Positions 20,607 to 32,030 are shown, counted from the stretch's first letter. The stretch: DNA of 64,000 nucleotides from Alphaproteobacteria bacterium (GCA_021151585.1 JAGKWX010000002.1:75747-139746); one strand, 5' to 3'. Numbers and translations are program-made. Notes: a model not told the origin generated them from the letters alone.

Positions 20607-21917
20607 CTAGCCAGGATTTTCTAAACTCAAAACACCAGCATTAAAATCATAGGCAAATAATTCCGCATAACGCCCCCAATCTATCATGGTCGTTAAAATA
20701 CGCGAAGCTTCTTGTTCGCTAAAATATTCTTGTAATTCCCGCAAGAAAATTTCTTCTGAAAGACTGTGCTTATGTTCATCATCTAAAGAACGACGAATAT
20801 GTTTTGCCAATGGGATATAATGAAGAATTTGTTTTGAAAATAGTTTTTTTCTCTCTTGCATATCCGCATTTGCAAAAGCTGCACCTTCAGATGTAATCGT
20901 AATATCTCCTTGCGAGACACGAGCGAAATTTAGCAACTCCAATACCTCTGTGATAGGAAATAAATCGTCACCGTCTAGAAATACTTTTTCAGATAATTCT
21001 GGCAAATCCATTCGCCCTTTGTGCTCTGGCGCATTAAGAGTTTCCAATAAACCAGCAATATCAGAGACCTGAACATCTGGCAAACGGTAGCCCAATCCTG
21101 CTGTTCTAGCCTGTAAGCGTGCCACCCCACGACCGCCATCTCGTGTTGTCATCAATGTGTAAATTCGATCGACGACTTGACGAAATGGCTTTGATTGCGA
21201 GTATCGGGGGTAAGGCAAATCAACAATCAATTCAGCTTTTATTTTACCAGGATTGTCATCAAAAATAATTATCCTATCCGCCATTTCGACAGCTTCATCA
21301 ATATCATGTGTCACCAGTAAAATACCGTTTAAACGCGTTTTTTTTGTATGCCACAAATCAAGTAAGTCACTACGCAAATTTTCTGATGTTAACACGTCCA
21401 GCGCTGAAAATGGTTCATCCATTAATAACACATCTGGATTTACCACTAGCGCGCGAGCAAAACCGACTCGCTGACGCATACCACCTGATAATTCCTTGGG
21501 AAAAGCCGATTCAAAACCATCTAAGCCAATCGTATCAATCGCGCGCAAAGCACGATGACGCCTTTCGTGCAAACTTAAACCTTGCGCTTCTAAACCTAAC
21601 TCAACATTTTGCAAAACCGTTAACCAAGGCATCAAAGCAAACGATTGAAACACCATCGAAATCCCTTGTACCGGCTCTGTGACTTTGTGTCCACGATAAA
21701 AAATTTCACCTTGCGATGGATCTACCAAACCAGCAATAATGCGAAGTAAGGTAGATTTTCCGGCGCCAGATTTTCCTAAGAGCGCAACAATTTCACCTGG
21801 CTTCAAATCAAAATGGATATCTTGCAAAACATTTAATGATTGCTTGGATCCTTTATGAAACGATTTGCTCACATGAGAAACTTGAATAATGCTAGAAATT
21901 TCAGGTTTATTCATCAC
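20607..21917 (-). CDS. ABC transporter ATP-binding protein (NitT/TauT-like) with about 180-aa C-terminal extension
   Basis: Walker A GKSGAGKST, signature LSGGMRQR, Walker B LLMDEPFSALD, then an extra C-terminal domain of unknown function. Confidence 0.8.
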   Translation of the reverse strand: MMNKPEISSIIQVSHVSKSFHKGSKQSLNVLQDIHFDLKPGEIVALLGKSGAGKSTLLRIIAGLVDPSQGEIFYRGHKVTEPVQGISMVFQSFALMPWLTVLQNVELGLEAQGLSLHERRHRALRAIDTIGLDGFESAFPKELSGGMRQRVGFARALVVNPDVLLMDEPFSALDVLTSENLRSDLLDLWHTKKTRLNGILLVTHDIDEAVEMADRIIIFDDNPGKIKAELIVDLPYPRYSQSKPFRQVVDRIYTLMTTRDGGRGVARLQARTAGLGYRLPDVQVSDIAGLLETLNAPEHKGRMDLPELSEKVFLDGDDLFPITEVLELLNFARVSQGDITITSEGAAFANADMQERKKLFSKQILHYIPLAKHIRRSLDDEHKHSLSEEIFLRELQEYFSEQEASRILTTMIDWGRYAELFAYDFNAGVLSLENPG

Positions 21918-22169
21918 AATATCTGCCTACTGCCTGTTGACTTTATTAAGTTTTTAAAACAGTATAATTCATTTTATTTGGTTTCTCTATGTTAACAACC
22001 AAGTCGTTGATTGGCTTGATTTCATTGCTCATAATAGCAGCAGTTTTTTTAGATCCTGTACGTTATACAGCCGGAGACGCGCGCAACACTTTACTAACTA
22101 GTGAAGCAATAATTCAGCATGGAACCATTAAACTTGACATTTACTGCAAGCACGCAGATTTGTGCGGCG

Positions 22170-23909
22170 CTACTCAACATGAAAGCGCCCCTCTGCAAGG
22201 GCATAAAGCGGACGCCAAACAAAGCGATTAATCACAACGACTATTAAACACATAACGATAATGCCGAGAGCCTCTTGCGCTGGCTTTCCTGTGTAAGTCA
22301 TTTCTGAAATATAAGCACCCAGGCCGAGAGCTTGTAAACGGTTCCCGCCCCAATTTAGAACCTCAGCAACAATACTCGCATTCCAAGCACCACCGGCCGC
22401 CGCCATCGCCCCCGTCACATAATAAGGAAAAATGATTGGCAAAATGACACGCTTCCATTTCAACCAACCACGCACACCGAATAAACGCGATGCCATCAAT
22501 AATTCTTTTGGCAACGTTGTCGTACCGGCAATAACATTAAATAAAATATACCACTGCGTACCAAGAATCATTAAAGGGGCCGTGAAAATAGTAATATTAG
22601 CGTCAAAATACATAATCACCATAACTGCAATTGGATATAATAAATTTGCGGGAAATGCTGCAAAAAATTGCGCAATCGGCTGAATAATCGCAGCTGCTTT
22701 TGGGCGCAACCCTACCCACACACCTATAGGAATCCAAACAAGCGAACATACAGCGATCATCAAAAAAATCTTAGCTGCTGTAATCAAACCTAAGCCACAG
22801 ACCAAAAGAACATCACGCCACGTTGCATGATGCGCAATAAATTCTATTAACATAAACAAAGCCGCCAAGATCGCTAAATAAACAGCAATCTGCGAGACCC
22901 AGGTTAATAACCAAAATAAATAGCTTTTATGTTTAACTATCGCAGCAGCCTGTCTTTCTCGATACGGTATAACACGAATATTAATCACTATATCGCGTAA
23001 CAAAGCTAAACAGCTACCAAAACGCTTAAACCAACGACTTCTCAAAAAAATATCGACAACCCATGATTCCGCCATATGATCATTGGGCTCTAAATCAGTA
23101 CGAAACTTATCTGACCAAGACATCAGCGGGCGAAATAATAATTGATCATATAAAATAATCACGCCTAACATCGTTAAAATAGCATAAACAATCGCAACCT
23201 TATCCGACTCGGTAATTGCTACAGCGATATACGAACCAATTCCTGGCAACATGATGGATTGATTTGCAATCGAAATCGCTTCAGACGCAACCACAAAAAA
23301 CCAACCTGCAGACATGGACAACATCATATTCCAGAGCAAACTTGGAATAGTCATCGGTACCTCAACGCGCCAAAAGCGCTGCCAAGCGTTTAAATGAAAT
23401 AAGCGTGCCGCGTTTTTTAATTCCGTTGGCACCAATTTTAACGATTGATAAAACCCTAATAACATATTCCACACTTGAGATGTAACAATCGCAAAAATGG
23501 CCGCACATTCCGGCCCCAACATACTGTTAGGAAACAAACCGATAAATGTCGGCACACTGATGGTTAAAAATCCTAAAATGGGCACAGATTGCAAAATATC
23601 AACCATCGGGATAATTATGCGCTCAGCATGACGACTTTTTGCCGCCCATGTGCCAAAGATGAACGTAATTAGCAAGGAAACACCCATGGCAATAAACATG
23701 CGCATAACCGTTCTTAACGCATAATCTGGTAAATATAACGCTGACAGATGAATCGTGATAGGTTGACCCAAATCAAAAGGGCTGCTCATTTCTTTTGCAG
23801 CAATAGCTAACACGATAATAATCGCCAGCACAACTAACAACGCAGCCAGATCCCAAAAATTAGGATAAGTATTTTGATTAGTGGAAAAGACGATTTTTTT
23901 AAGACGCAT
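22170..23909 (-). CDS. ABC transporter permease, fused duplicated transmembrane domains
   Basis: 579 aa with about 12 TM helices, which is two permease modules in one polypeptide. Lies upstream of and co-oriented with the ABC ATPase. Confidence 0.7.
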   Translation of the reverse strand: MRLKKIVFSTNQNTYPNFWDLAALLVVLAIIIVLAIAAKEMSSPFDLGQPITIHLSALYLPDYALRTVMRMFIAMGVSLLITFIFGTWAAKSRHAERIIIPMVDILQSVPILGFLTISVPTFIGLFPNSMLGPECAAIFAIVTSQVWNMLLGFYQSLKLVPTELKNAARLFHLNAWQRFWRVEVPMTIPSLLWNMMLSMSAGWFFVVASEAISIANQSIMLPGIGSYIAVAITESDKVAIVYAILTMLGVIILYDQLLFRPLMSWSDKFRTDLEPNDHMAESWVVDIFLRSRWFKRFGSCLALLRDIVINIRVIPYRERQAAAIVKHKSYLFWLLTWVSQIAVYLAILAALFMLIEFIAHHATWRDVLLVCGLGLITAAKIFLMIAVCSLVWIPIGVWVGLRPKAAAIIQPIAQFFAAFPANLLYPIAVMVIMYFDANITIFTAPLMILGTQWYILFNVIAGTTTLPKELLMASRLFGVRGWLKWKRVILPIIFPYYVTGAMAAAGGAWNASIVAEVLNWGGNRLQALGLGAYISEMTYTGKPAQEALGIIVMCLIVVVINRFVWRPLYALAEGRFHVE

Positions 23910-24113
23910 TTTTTTCTCTGTTGAGACGACGCTTTAATTATAATAACGATAAAGGCTTAAAATTCAATCACATATTTTGATGACTCCAAAAAAAAAACCT
24001 GGCTCTGTATAACCTGATAATCAAGTATAATGCAGACAATCCATGGTCTGCATTTAAACCAATATTCACATCCAGGATGATAAAACCACTAGAGCCATTA
24101 ACCAAAATAAAGC

Positions 24114-27100
24114 TTATTTTTTCCTGCCAAATATTCCACTGTTCTTGGCAACATTGGCTGACTCGGCCTTACCCATCAATGCCATGACGCGCTCAAATGT
24201 AGAAACTTGTTCTTCCTCACCCGACTGTAGAACCAAATCAATCATGGAACTATCTTCATTGGTCAACATTCTCTTATACCGAATAACGTCATCCTTACTT
24301 ATTTTTTCTCTTTGTTCTAGCTCGGATAACTTCGCATCTAAGATTGGGCCAATTAAAGCCATAGCCTCATCCCACAAGGCGCTAAGCTTAGAATCATCGC
24401 TCATAAAGCAGTTCTTGTGCAAAATTTTAATGTTGTCTATTATAAAATCTATTTCATACGTTTTCAAAACATAGCCCTCTTGCGCTTTACGCGAAAGCTG
24501 ATAGGTATAGTAGGCAACAAGTACAGCATCATTACCTTCTACTGCAATATAGTTCACTAATTTCTTCCAATCATGTGAAGCCACATGGGCAACCGAGCGC
24601 GACCAAGAATACACAGAGAATGATGTACTAGCTTTGGCTGGTGCTAAGTTATGCAACCAATCAAAAGCACTTTCTAATAGCTCATCAGCTAATCCAGAGC
24701 CAAGCGTCTCAGCAGAACGAGCGTTTATATATCCTTTTAATATATGCCTCACGTGATCTGTATTCAGCGACCCCCTTAAACCATGTAGCCTCATCCAATA
24801 TTCTAATTGAGTTCCACCAAGCACTTGGTCAAAAAAACCAACACCTCTTGAATAATTACTAGCTCTAGAACAAGAGGTAGTAGACGTATAAGAAGATAAA
24901 CGACTTAATTTCGATTGCCGAGAAACGCCTGTCAATCGTGAACTTACAGACATAGTTTCATGATCAAAACCCTCAACCTCAGTTTCACCACTACACATTT
25001 CGTATAATGTCACGATTTTTGCCATATCTTCATAAATAATTTTTTGCTGGGGTGACAACCCTTCTATATAAGCATCATTCTCAAGCATAAAATCAGTGTG
25101 CGCAAATAAATGCCTACAGAGCTTGGTCATTCGACTCTCCAGGAACTCATGATTTAATGAAATAATTTGCAACTGATCTTGTTCTGGATCTTGTTCTGGA
25201 GAAGCATTGTAAATCGCTGCCAAAAAGAAAATAGCATTATAAACAGGTGTGTGAAAGTTTTCTTTTAGAGCAGCAGAAATAGCCCCAATAACGAACCCGC
25301 GTTCTTCTATCGATAAATCATTCGGATTTTTTCGAAGAATATTCACTAGCAGCAAAACACACCAAGCTTCTTTTTCATAACGCTCAAACTGAAAATCCTC
25401 AGTTTCAAGCTTGTCATAATAGTGAGCCCATCGATACTTCTGTTTCTTAAGTTCTGCACTTGCGACATCTTCGCCCGCTCTTTTAGATGACCGATACATA
25501 ATGTACTGTATCGGCAATTCACCATCGTTATCCGGAGTTTCAGTAAATAGCATATGAGCGGTCAACTTTCCTGATAATATCCGCCGGTTAATTTCTATCA
25601 AGGCGGCAGTCGCGTGAAAATAGTAAGAATCAAAGCCATATTCACCTTCTATTTTATCGACAGGCACCACTAGTACTACAGCATAAAGAACCTGATATAA
25701 GAGCATGAAAAAATTTTCCAAGGTAGGAGCTTGACTTTTTTTATTTTTAAGCAATTTCATCAACCGCGTAATAGTCTCATTTATGTAGTTGGACTCTTCA
25801 ACAAAGCCATAAATTAATTCGATAATATCCTGTACGATGAGTACTTTGTTTGTATCGTCTGTTTCTGGCGAACAGTAATCATCAATTTTCAACATCAGTT
25901 CCTGAGCAAACTCCGAATCAGCGGGGTAAGTTAGCATCATTTCATCGTCATCATCCAAGCTTTTTTGACTTCGCAACTCTTCTTCGCCTTGAAACTCTTC
26001 TTCGCCTTGAAACTCTTCTTCGCCTTGAAACTCTTCTTCGCCTTGAAACTCTTCTTCGCCTTGGAGCTCTTCTTCGCCTTGGAACTCTTCTTCGCCTCGA
26101 CTACCCACTGACTGTCTTTGCGCTACAGCGATATCACCATAAAAGTCATCATCTTCTTCATGGAAATCAAAAAATTGGCGTTCTGCTTGAGTACCAACGT
26201 TTTTGCTATCATGGTCCTGCGATTTTTTGCCCACCGGTTTTAATATTGGGGATTGAATATACTGAAGCGATGCTAAAGAAGCAGCGCCTTCGTGCGTCTT
26301 AAGATTAGTATGAGCAAAAGCATGAAGCTTTTTTCTTTCAAGAAAATTGTTTCTATCGCTCTCATCACTTGCTGATGCATTCTTTTCTAAAACAGAATCA
26401 TCATGCTGTTGATCACTATGTTGTTTAGCGTGCTTTTCTTGCCCTTGATCGTCAGCGTTGTTAAACCCATCCTCACCTATACCCGTATCTTCATCTTCAT
26501 CGTCATCTTCGCGAATTACCTCAAGCGGTGTTTTTTGCTTTTTTCGTGATGAACTTTTGTTTACAACACTTCGCTTTCGGGCTGTAATAAAACCATTAAA
26601 ACTCGGTTCCTCTATAATCTTCAGACTATAACCAACTGCTTCATCAACATTGGCCGCAAGAGTAGATTCATCAGGAAATTCTGTCATTATTGGGGCTGGC
26701 GCATCTTGTGGGAATCGATCATCCTTAGATAAAAACTCATAAAGTTGAGCATAACTTCTGTGCGCCACAAAGATATTTTCACTCTCCGCGGTACGAACAT
26801 CAATATACTCCTTAATGAGGTTGAACCAATCAAACACAAGAGTCCAGCAATCATCCTTAGGATTGCTTTGCTTACAGATTTCTTTCAAAGAATATGTGAT
26901 GAGATCAATCAGCGAACCATCATCTCGTAAAGATGATAGTTGAGTAAAAAATTTTTCCCAAAAAATTCCAAGTCTTTTAATTCGCACTATTTTTAAACTA
27001 TGCTTTTCAAAAAAACTAGTGTTTTCTCCATAAATCTCGGATCGCATCATGATAGAATGATGATCAGTAGATAATAAAGTCTCATTCACGTCGATGGTTT

Positions 27101-27776
27101 TTACCTCAGAGATTTTTAACAACATTTGTAAAATGTTCTTATTATGTTTACGCGTATTAAATCTTCCACCCAATATGGAATTCAATGAAATATGATTAAT
27201 TACTAATACTAATAAGCTTGCTTTTTTCATAGCCAAGGATACATTCTGGCCATGCTCCGAACTCAGTAATAGCGAAAAATTCATATCTTGTTGCTCTAAT
27301 AAATATTGCTTTTGAAGAATACGAGTCATCAGCAGTTTTTCTCTTTCGACTATAGTCGCTTCATAATCTGAAGAATCCGAAAATTTGAGCGTTTCTCGCA
27401 ATTGACGCAACATCATAAATTCATGCCACTCAGAACCAGAATACATAAGAATGAATTCTTTCGCTGTGCTTAAAATCAATTGCGTTAAAGATACCGAATT
27501 TGCCTTATCACAATGTTTTTTGAGAAATTTAAGTAGCGTATCACTGCCAGACCCGACGAGCTCTTCCGGAATAGCTACGTTAATACACCGATCACTTCTA
27601 TCTCTTTTTTCATCTTCTTTCTTAAAAAGATGAATAAAAATTTTTAACATCTCTCGACTAAAAGGCCAAGACGACTTGGGGTCATCAAAAAGAACTCCTA
27701 TCACTTGGTGTGTAGAAAGCCGCCGCACCTTCAAAGGACGGTTAATAATTTGATCGAGAAGCTCTATAGTAGTCAT
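24114..27776 (-). CDS. large acidic hypothetical protein (1220 aa) with EEEFQG hexapeptide repeats; secreted-effector-like
   Basis: Long ORF at native-looking GC. No enzymatic motif recognised. A central strongly acidic/disordered region (DDDEDEDTG..., 7x EEEFQG). Stand-alone gene between operons. Confidence 0.6.
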   Translation of the reverse strand: MTTIELLDQIINRPLKVRRLSTHQVIGVLFDDPKSSWPFSREMLKIFIHLFKKEDEKRDRSDRCINVAIPEELVGSGSDTLLKFLKKHCDKANSVSLTQLILSTAKEFILMYSGSEWHEFMMLRQLRETLKFSDSSDYEATIVEREKLLMTRILQKQYLLEQQDMNFSLLLSSEHGQNVSLAMKKASLLVLVINHISLNSILGGRFNTRKHNKNILQMLLKISEVKTIDVNETLLSTDHHSIMMRSEIYGENTSFFEKHSLKIVRIKRLGIFWEKFFTQLSSLRDDGSLIDLITYSLKEICKQSNPKDDCWTLVFDWFNLIKEYIDVRTAESENIFVAHRSYAQLYEFLSKDDRFPQDAPAPIMTEFPDESTLAANVDEAVGYSLKIIEEPSFNGFITARKRSVVNKSSSRKKQKTPLEVIREDDDEDEDTGIGEDGFNNADDQGQEKHAKQHSDQQHDDSVLEKNASASDESDRNNFLERKKLHAFAHTNLKTHEGAASLASLQYIQSPILKPVGKKSQDHDSKNVGTQAERQFFDFHEEDDDFYGDIAVAQRQSVGSRGEEEFQGEEELQGEEEFQGEEEFQGEEEFQGEEEFQGEEELRSQKSLDDDDEMMLTYPADSEFAQELMLKIDDYCSPETDDTNKVLIVQDIIELIYGFVEESNYINETITRLMKLLKNKKSQAPTLENFFMLLYQVLYAVVLVVPVDKIEGEYGFDSYYFHATAALIEINRRILSGKLTAHMLFTETPDNDGELPIQYIMYRSSKRAGEDVASAELKKQKYRWAHYYDKLETEDFQFERYEKEAWCVLLLVNILRKNPNDLSIEERGFVIGAISAALKENFHTPVYNAIFFLAAIYNASPEQDPEQDQLQIISLNHEFLESRMTKLCRHLFAHTDFMLENDAYIEGLSPQQKIIYEDMAKIVTLYEMCSGETEVEGFDHETMSVSSRLTGVSRQSKLSRLSSYTSTTSCSRASNYSRGVGFFDQVLGGTQLEYWMRLHGLRGSLNTDHVRHILKGYINARSAETLGSGLADELLESAFDWLHNLAPAKASTSFSVYSWSRSVAHVASHDWKKLVNYIAVEGNDAVLVAYYTYQLSRKAQEGYVLKTYEIDFIIDNIKILHKNCFMSDDSKLSALWDEAMALIGPILDAKLSELEQREKISKDDVIRYKRMLTNEDSSMIDLVLQSGEEEQVSTFERVMALMGKAESANVAKNSGIFGRKK
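25975..26100 (-). repeat. 18-bp tandem repeat x7 (plus-strand unit ctcttcttcgccttgaaa) encoding (EEEFQG)7 in frame
   Basis: Directly visible run of ttcgccttgaaactcttc units at 25981-26100. The last copies have point variants (ttggagctc, ttggaactc). Confidence 0.85.
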
Positions 27777-28083
27777 GATAATTTTTCCTTATGTTAAAGC
27801 TGTTAAACTGTATTGAGCATGGCAAAGTTAAGCGCTGGCTAGTGACGTATATAATATTAATTATATCATGGCAAAATAAATGCCGCTGAAAGCAGCATAA
27901 TAACCGTACTGTAAACCGCTTATAGCCAAGATCTATAGTGCTCAAAATTTTTATACTATAAAGGCAAAACCTTAAAAGAATATTAGCAAGGGTCATACTT
28001 AAATCTTTGGCTAAAAAAATGTCATGTATGGACAATATGCCATCATAAGTTGTACTATAAAGCACAGTTTTTTTATGAGAAAC

Positions 28084-28548
28084 ATGATGATTCGACTATC
28101 CCCCGGCGACCAAGCACCCGCCTTCACTGCATTAGCAGACACCGGCGAACAAATCTCTTTATCGCAATTCAAAGAAAAAAACGTTATTTTGTATTTTTAC
28201 CCCAAAGACGACACACCGGGCTGCACCAAAGAGGCCTGTGACTTCACACAACACCACCAAGCTTTTGCGAATAACAACACGGTCATCATTGGTGTTTCAA
28301 AAGATAGTATTGAAAGCCATAAAAAATTCAAAGAAAAATACCAATTATCTTTTATGTTAATTTCCGATCCTGATGGCGTACTGTGCGAAAAATATGGCGC
28401 CTGGGGTGAAAAGAAAAATTATGGAAAAATATATCAAGGCATTATTCGCTCGACTTTTTTGATTGATCAAACCGGGACTATTACAGCTGCGATGTATAAT
28501 GTAAAAGCAACAGGCCATGTAGACAAAATGTTGCGAGAATTGTTTTGA
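28084..28548 (+). CDS. bcp: peroxiredoxin Bcp (thiol peroxidase)
   Basis: Peroxidatic Cys motif PKDDTPGCTKEAC with resolving Cys 5 residues downstream. The start is probably at the MIRLSPGDQAPAF methionines (28084 or 28087), not the upstream ATG at 28024. Confidence 0.8.
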   Translation: MMIRLSPGDQAPAFTALADTGEQISLSQFKEKNVILYFYPKDDTPGCTKEACDFTQHHQAFANNNTVIIGVSKDSIESHKKFKEKYQLSFMLISDPDGVLCEKYGAWGEKKNYGKIYQGIIRSTFLIDQTGTITAAMYNVKATGHVDKMLRELF

Positions 28549-28567
28549 GCTAGTACAACTGACGTCA

Positions 28568-29551
28568 CTATTCAACCAATCCTTGCCGTTTTAATTCTTT
28601 AAGACTATCTTCCATAGTACGCATGCCACTTGCTCGCCCTGTTTGCATAGCTGACATAATTTGAGAAATTTTATTTTCACGAATAAGATTTTTAATCGCT
28701 ATGGTAGCAATCATGACTTCTTGAACTGCAACACGGCCACCACCTTTTTTCTTAATTAATGCTTGAGAAATTACTGCCTGCAAGGAATTTGACAACAGAC
28801 TCCTTACCAATTCTTTATCTCCAGCAGGAAATACATCAATAATTCGATTTATCGTCGCTGCGCAAGAATTAGTATGTAAAGTAGCAAAGACCAAATGCCC
28901 TGTCTCTGCCGCCGTTAATGCCAAACGTATTGTGTCCAAATCACGCATTTCGCCTAGTAAAATAATATCAGGATCTTCTCGCAATGAAGCACGCAAAGCA
29001 TGCTGAAAGCTTGTTGTATGTTGAGCTAATTCGCGTTGTTGAATTAATGATTTTTTAGGGTGATAAACATATTCAATAGGATCTTCGATAGTAATAATAT
29101 GCGAAGCTTGATTCATGTTAATATGCTGAATCATTGCAGCAAGCGTTGTGCTTTTACCACTACCCGACGAGCCAGTAACTAAAATCAATCCCTGCTGCAA
29201 AGCACATACATCCTTTAAAACCTCTGAACATACTAATGAGTCCAATAGTGGAATTTGACTAGTGAGAATTCTAAATGTTGCACTAATACCATGTAACTGA
29301 TGAAAAACATTCACTCGGCATCTGATGCCATTACAAAACATATATGAGAAATCTTGCTCCTGATCCTTAGAGCATTGCTCAGGCCTTATTTCGGCTAACT
29401 GATCTTCAAGCCACTGGGCTTCCAAGATATTTGCGCCAGCTAGAGGAATTAAATCGCCATCAATACGATACATCGGCGGCATACCACTAGAGACATGAAG
29501 ATCAGAAGCATGTAAGTGAACAGCTTCGCCGAGTAAATCTAACAAATTCAT
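28568..29551 (-). CDS. pilT: type IV pilus retraction ATPase PilT
   Basis: Near-colinear match to PilT. Contains Walker A GSSGSGKSTTLAAM, Asp box, Walker B/His box (DIILLGEMRD, TGHLVFATLHT) and the motif LIKKKGGGRVAVQEVMI. Confidence 0.8.
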   Translation of the reverse strand: MNLLDLLGEAVHLHASDLHVSSGMPPMYRIDGDLIPLAGANILEAQWLEDQLAEIRPEQCSKDQEQDFSYMFCNGIRCRVNVFHQLHGISATFRILTSQIPLLDSLVCSEVLKDVCALQQGLILVTGSSGSGKSTTLAAMIQHINMNQASHIITIEDPIEYVYHPKKSLIQQRELAQHTTSFQHALRASLREDPDIILLGEMRDLDTIRLALTAAETGHLVFATLHTNSCAATINRIIDVFPAGDKELVRSLLSNSLQAVISQALIKKKGGGRVAVQEVMIATIAIKNLIRENKISQIMSAMQTGRASGMRTMEDSLKELKRQGLVE

Positions 29552-29744
29552 CGATATCTCCTGTTGTTTTCTATACTAGATTCCGCACTTAGAACTATAG
29601 CGAACAAATTTAAAACACTAGATCCCGGTTTATAGAACCAGTTTATGGATTAACTAAAGCAAATTAATTCGGCTAGGTTTGCCAGATTAATAATAAGGGA
29701 AAGGAATAAAAAAATAGGCTAACACAGTTGTAATAATTATTGAA

Positions 29745-29777
29745 ATTGAATCGGTTACACAGCGCAACCGATTCAAC
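29745..29777 (-). terminator. candidate intrinsic terminator after parC (9-bp perfect stem GAATCGGTT / AACCGATTC, 9-nt loop, A/U-rich tail on the minus strand)
   Basis: Inverted repeat read directly at 29748-29774, located 10 bp past the parC stop. Confidence 0.4.
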
Positions 29778-29783
29778 TTGACA

Positions 29784-32030
29784 TCAAACGACCGACATCT
29801 TATCCACACGCTGAAATCCTTTCGGCAGTTTATTGCCACGGCGACCGCGCTCACCGGCATAATGTTCAAGATCACTCGACTTTAAGGATAATTTACGTTT
29901 TCCAGCCAATAGCTCTAATGACGCGCCTTTGGCAAAAACAATAATATCGGTAACAAATTCTTCACGCGCTGAAGCACGCTTTGAATTGACACTAATCATT
30001 TTATTGCCTTTACCCTTCGCTAACTCTGGCAATTCTTTGACAGGAAAAACCAACATGCGACCTTCATTAGTGACCATAGCGACCAAATCTGTCGATAATG
30101 ACGTCACGCGTTGCGGCATTAATACTTGCGCATTATCAGGTAATTTTAAAATGGCTTTACCTGCCTTGTTACGCGCATACAGCTCTGAGAATTTAACGAT
30201 GAATCCATAACCAGCATCTGATGCCATGACATACAAGTCATGATCCTCGCCAAATAATGCAGTAATAAATGATGCGCCTGGAGGTGGTGTTACATAACCA
30301 GTTAATGGATCGCCATAACCACGAGCCGAAGGGAGTGCACCAGCAATTAAAGAATATGTGCGTCCTGTACTATCGATGAAAACCACTTGCTGCTGACTTT
30401 TACCCATAGCAGAACACAACAAGCTATCACTAGATTTATAATTTAAAACACTTGCGTCTATTTCATGGCCTTTCGCTTGTCGAACCCAACCCATTTTCGA
30501 AAGAATAACAGTCACCGGTTCTGATGGTAATAGATCACTTTCTTTAATGACTTGAGCCTCCGCTCGTTCAACTAAAGCTGATTTCCTCTCATCGCCATAT
30601 TTTTCAGCATCTTCGCTCAATTCTTTTTTTATTAATGTCGTTAAACGCGCATCTGATCCCAAAATCTTTTCTAATTCATCTCGCTCTTTACCCAACTCAT
30701 CTTGTTCGCCACGAATTTTCATTTCTTCAAGTTTCGCTAAGTGACGTAATTTAATTTCTAAAATCGCCTCAGCTTGCTCTTCCGAAAGCTTAAAACGTGC
30801 CATCAACACTGCCTTTGGCTCATCTTCACTACGAATGATATGAATTACTTCATCAATATTTAAAAATGCGATAAGCAAACCATCTAGAATGTGCAAACGT
30901 TTCAATACTTTATCTAAACGATACTGCAATCGCTTCTTAACAATTGCACGACGATATACCAACCATTCTTGTAAAATTTCTAATAAATTTTTAACTTGAG
31001 GTCGACCATCTAAGCCTATCATGTTTAAATTAATGCGATAATTTTTTTCTAAATCTGTTGATGCAAACAAATGAGCCATCATAGCATCAAGATCGACACG
31101 ATTAGACTTCGGCACGATAACTAAGCGCGTTGGATTTTCATGATCTGACTCATCACGCAAATCATCGACCATAGGCAATTTTTTCTCGCGCATCAAGGCA
31201 GCAATTTGTTCCAGTACTTTTGCGCCCGAGGCCTGATACGGTAACGCAGTAACAACGACCTCACCTTCCTCAACAACATAAGTGGCGCGCATTTTGATAG
31301 AACCATTACCTTTGCGATAAATTTCTGCAATTTCTGACTTAGGCGTAATAATTTCTGCCCGGGTTGGAAAGTCTGGCGCTGGCACAATGTGAACAATGTC
31401 ACTCAGCGACGCTGTAGGATGCTCTAGGATATGCACGCACGCACTAACCACTTCCCTTAAGTTATGCGAAGGAATATCCGTTGCCATTCCAACCGCAATA
31501 CCACTTGCACCATTTAACAAAATATTCGGCAAACGCGCAGGCAATTGCGCAGGCTCCTCTAACGTACCGTCAAAATTTGGCACCCAATCCGTTGTCCCCT
31601 GATCCAACTCTTTCAATATCACTTCAGCATAGCGCGATAATTTCGATTCGGTATATCGCATCGCCGCAAATGATTTTGGATCATCTGGCGACCCCCAGTT
31701 TCCTTGACCATCCACCAATGGATACCGATAAGAAAAATCTTGCGCCATCAATACCATTGCTTCATAGCATGCAGTATCACCATGCGGATGAAATTTACCT
31801 AAAACATCACCGACCGTACGTGCGGATTTTTTATGTTTCGCGGCAGCATTCAAACCCAATTCCGACATCGCATAAACAATACGACGCTGCACCGGCTTTA
31901 AACCATCACTAATATGTGGCAACGCGCGGTCCAAGATCACATACATGGAATAATCTAAATAGGCACGCTCAGTAAATTCATGTAAAGGCTGTTGTTCAAC
32001 GCCTTGCGTGTTCATCAATACTTGCTTCAT
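29784..32030 (-). CDS. parC: DNA topoisomerase IV subunit A
   Basis: N-terminus [45 protein letters not shown] is near-identical to the ParC consensus. 748 aa, which is shorter than GyrA. Catalytic Tyr region AMRYTE. Confidence 0.9.
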   Translation of the reverse strand: MKQVLMNTQGVEQQPLHEFTERAYLDYSMYVILDRALPHISDGLKPVQRRIVYAMSELGLNAAAKHKKSARTVGDVLGKFHPHGDTACYEAMVLMAQDFSYRYPLVDGQGNWGSPDDPKSFAAMRYTESKLSRYAEVILKELDQGTTDWVPNFDGTLEEPAQLPARLPNILLNGASGIAVGMATDIPSHNLREVVSACVHILEHPTASLSDIVHIVPAPDFPTRAEIITPKSEIAEIYRKGNGSIKMRATYVVEEGEVVVTALPYQASGAKVLEQIAALMREKKLPMVDDLRDESDHENPTRLVIVPKSNRVDLDAMMAHLFASTDLEKNYRINLNMIGLDGRPQVKNLLEILQEWLVYRRAIVKKRLQYRLDKVLKRLHILDGLLIAFLNIDEVIHIIRSEDEPKAVLMARFKLSEEQAEAILEIKLRHLAKLEEMKIRGEQDELGKERDELEKILGSDARLTTLIKKELSEDAEKYGDERKSALVERAEAQVIKESDLLPSEPVTVILSKMGWVRQAKGHEIDASVLNYKSSDSLLCSAMGKSQQQVVFIDSTGRTYSLIAGALPSARGYGDPLTGYVTPPPGASFITALFGEDHDLYVMASDAGYGFIVKFSELYARNKAGKAILKLPDNAQVLMPQRVTSLSTDLVAMVTNEGRMLVFPVKELPELAKGKGNKMISVNSKRASAREEFVTDIIVFAKGASLELLAGKRKLSLKSSDLEHYAGERGRRGNKLPKGFQRVDKMSVV

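Noticed and set aside
21989..22231. 80-aa plus-strand ORF between the ABC ATPase and permease genes
   Set aside because: It overlaps the 3' end of the permease gene on the opposite strand and has no signal or homology. It is likely a chance ORF in the intergenic gap.
25975..26100. Possible CRISPR-like array (regular short repeats)
   Set aside because: The units are contiguous 18-mers with no spacers, inside a long ORF and in frame, where they encode EEEFQG. This is a coding tandem repeat, not CRISPR.
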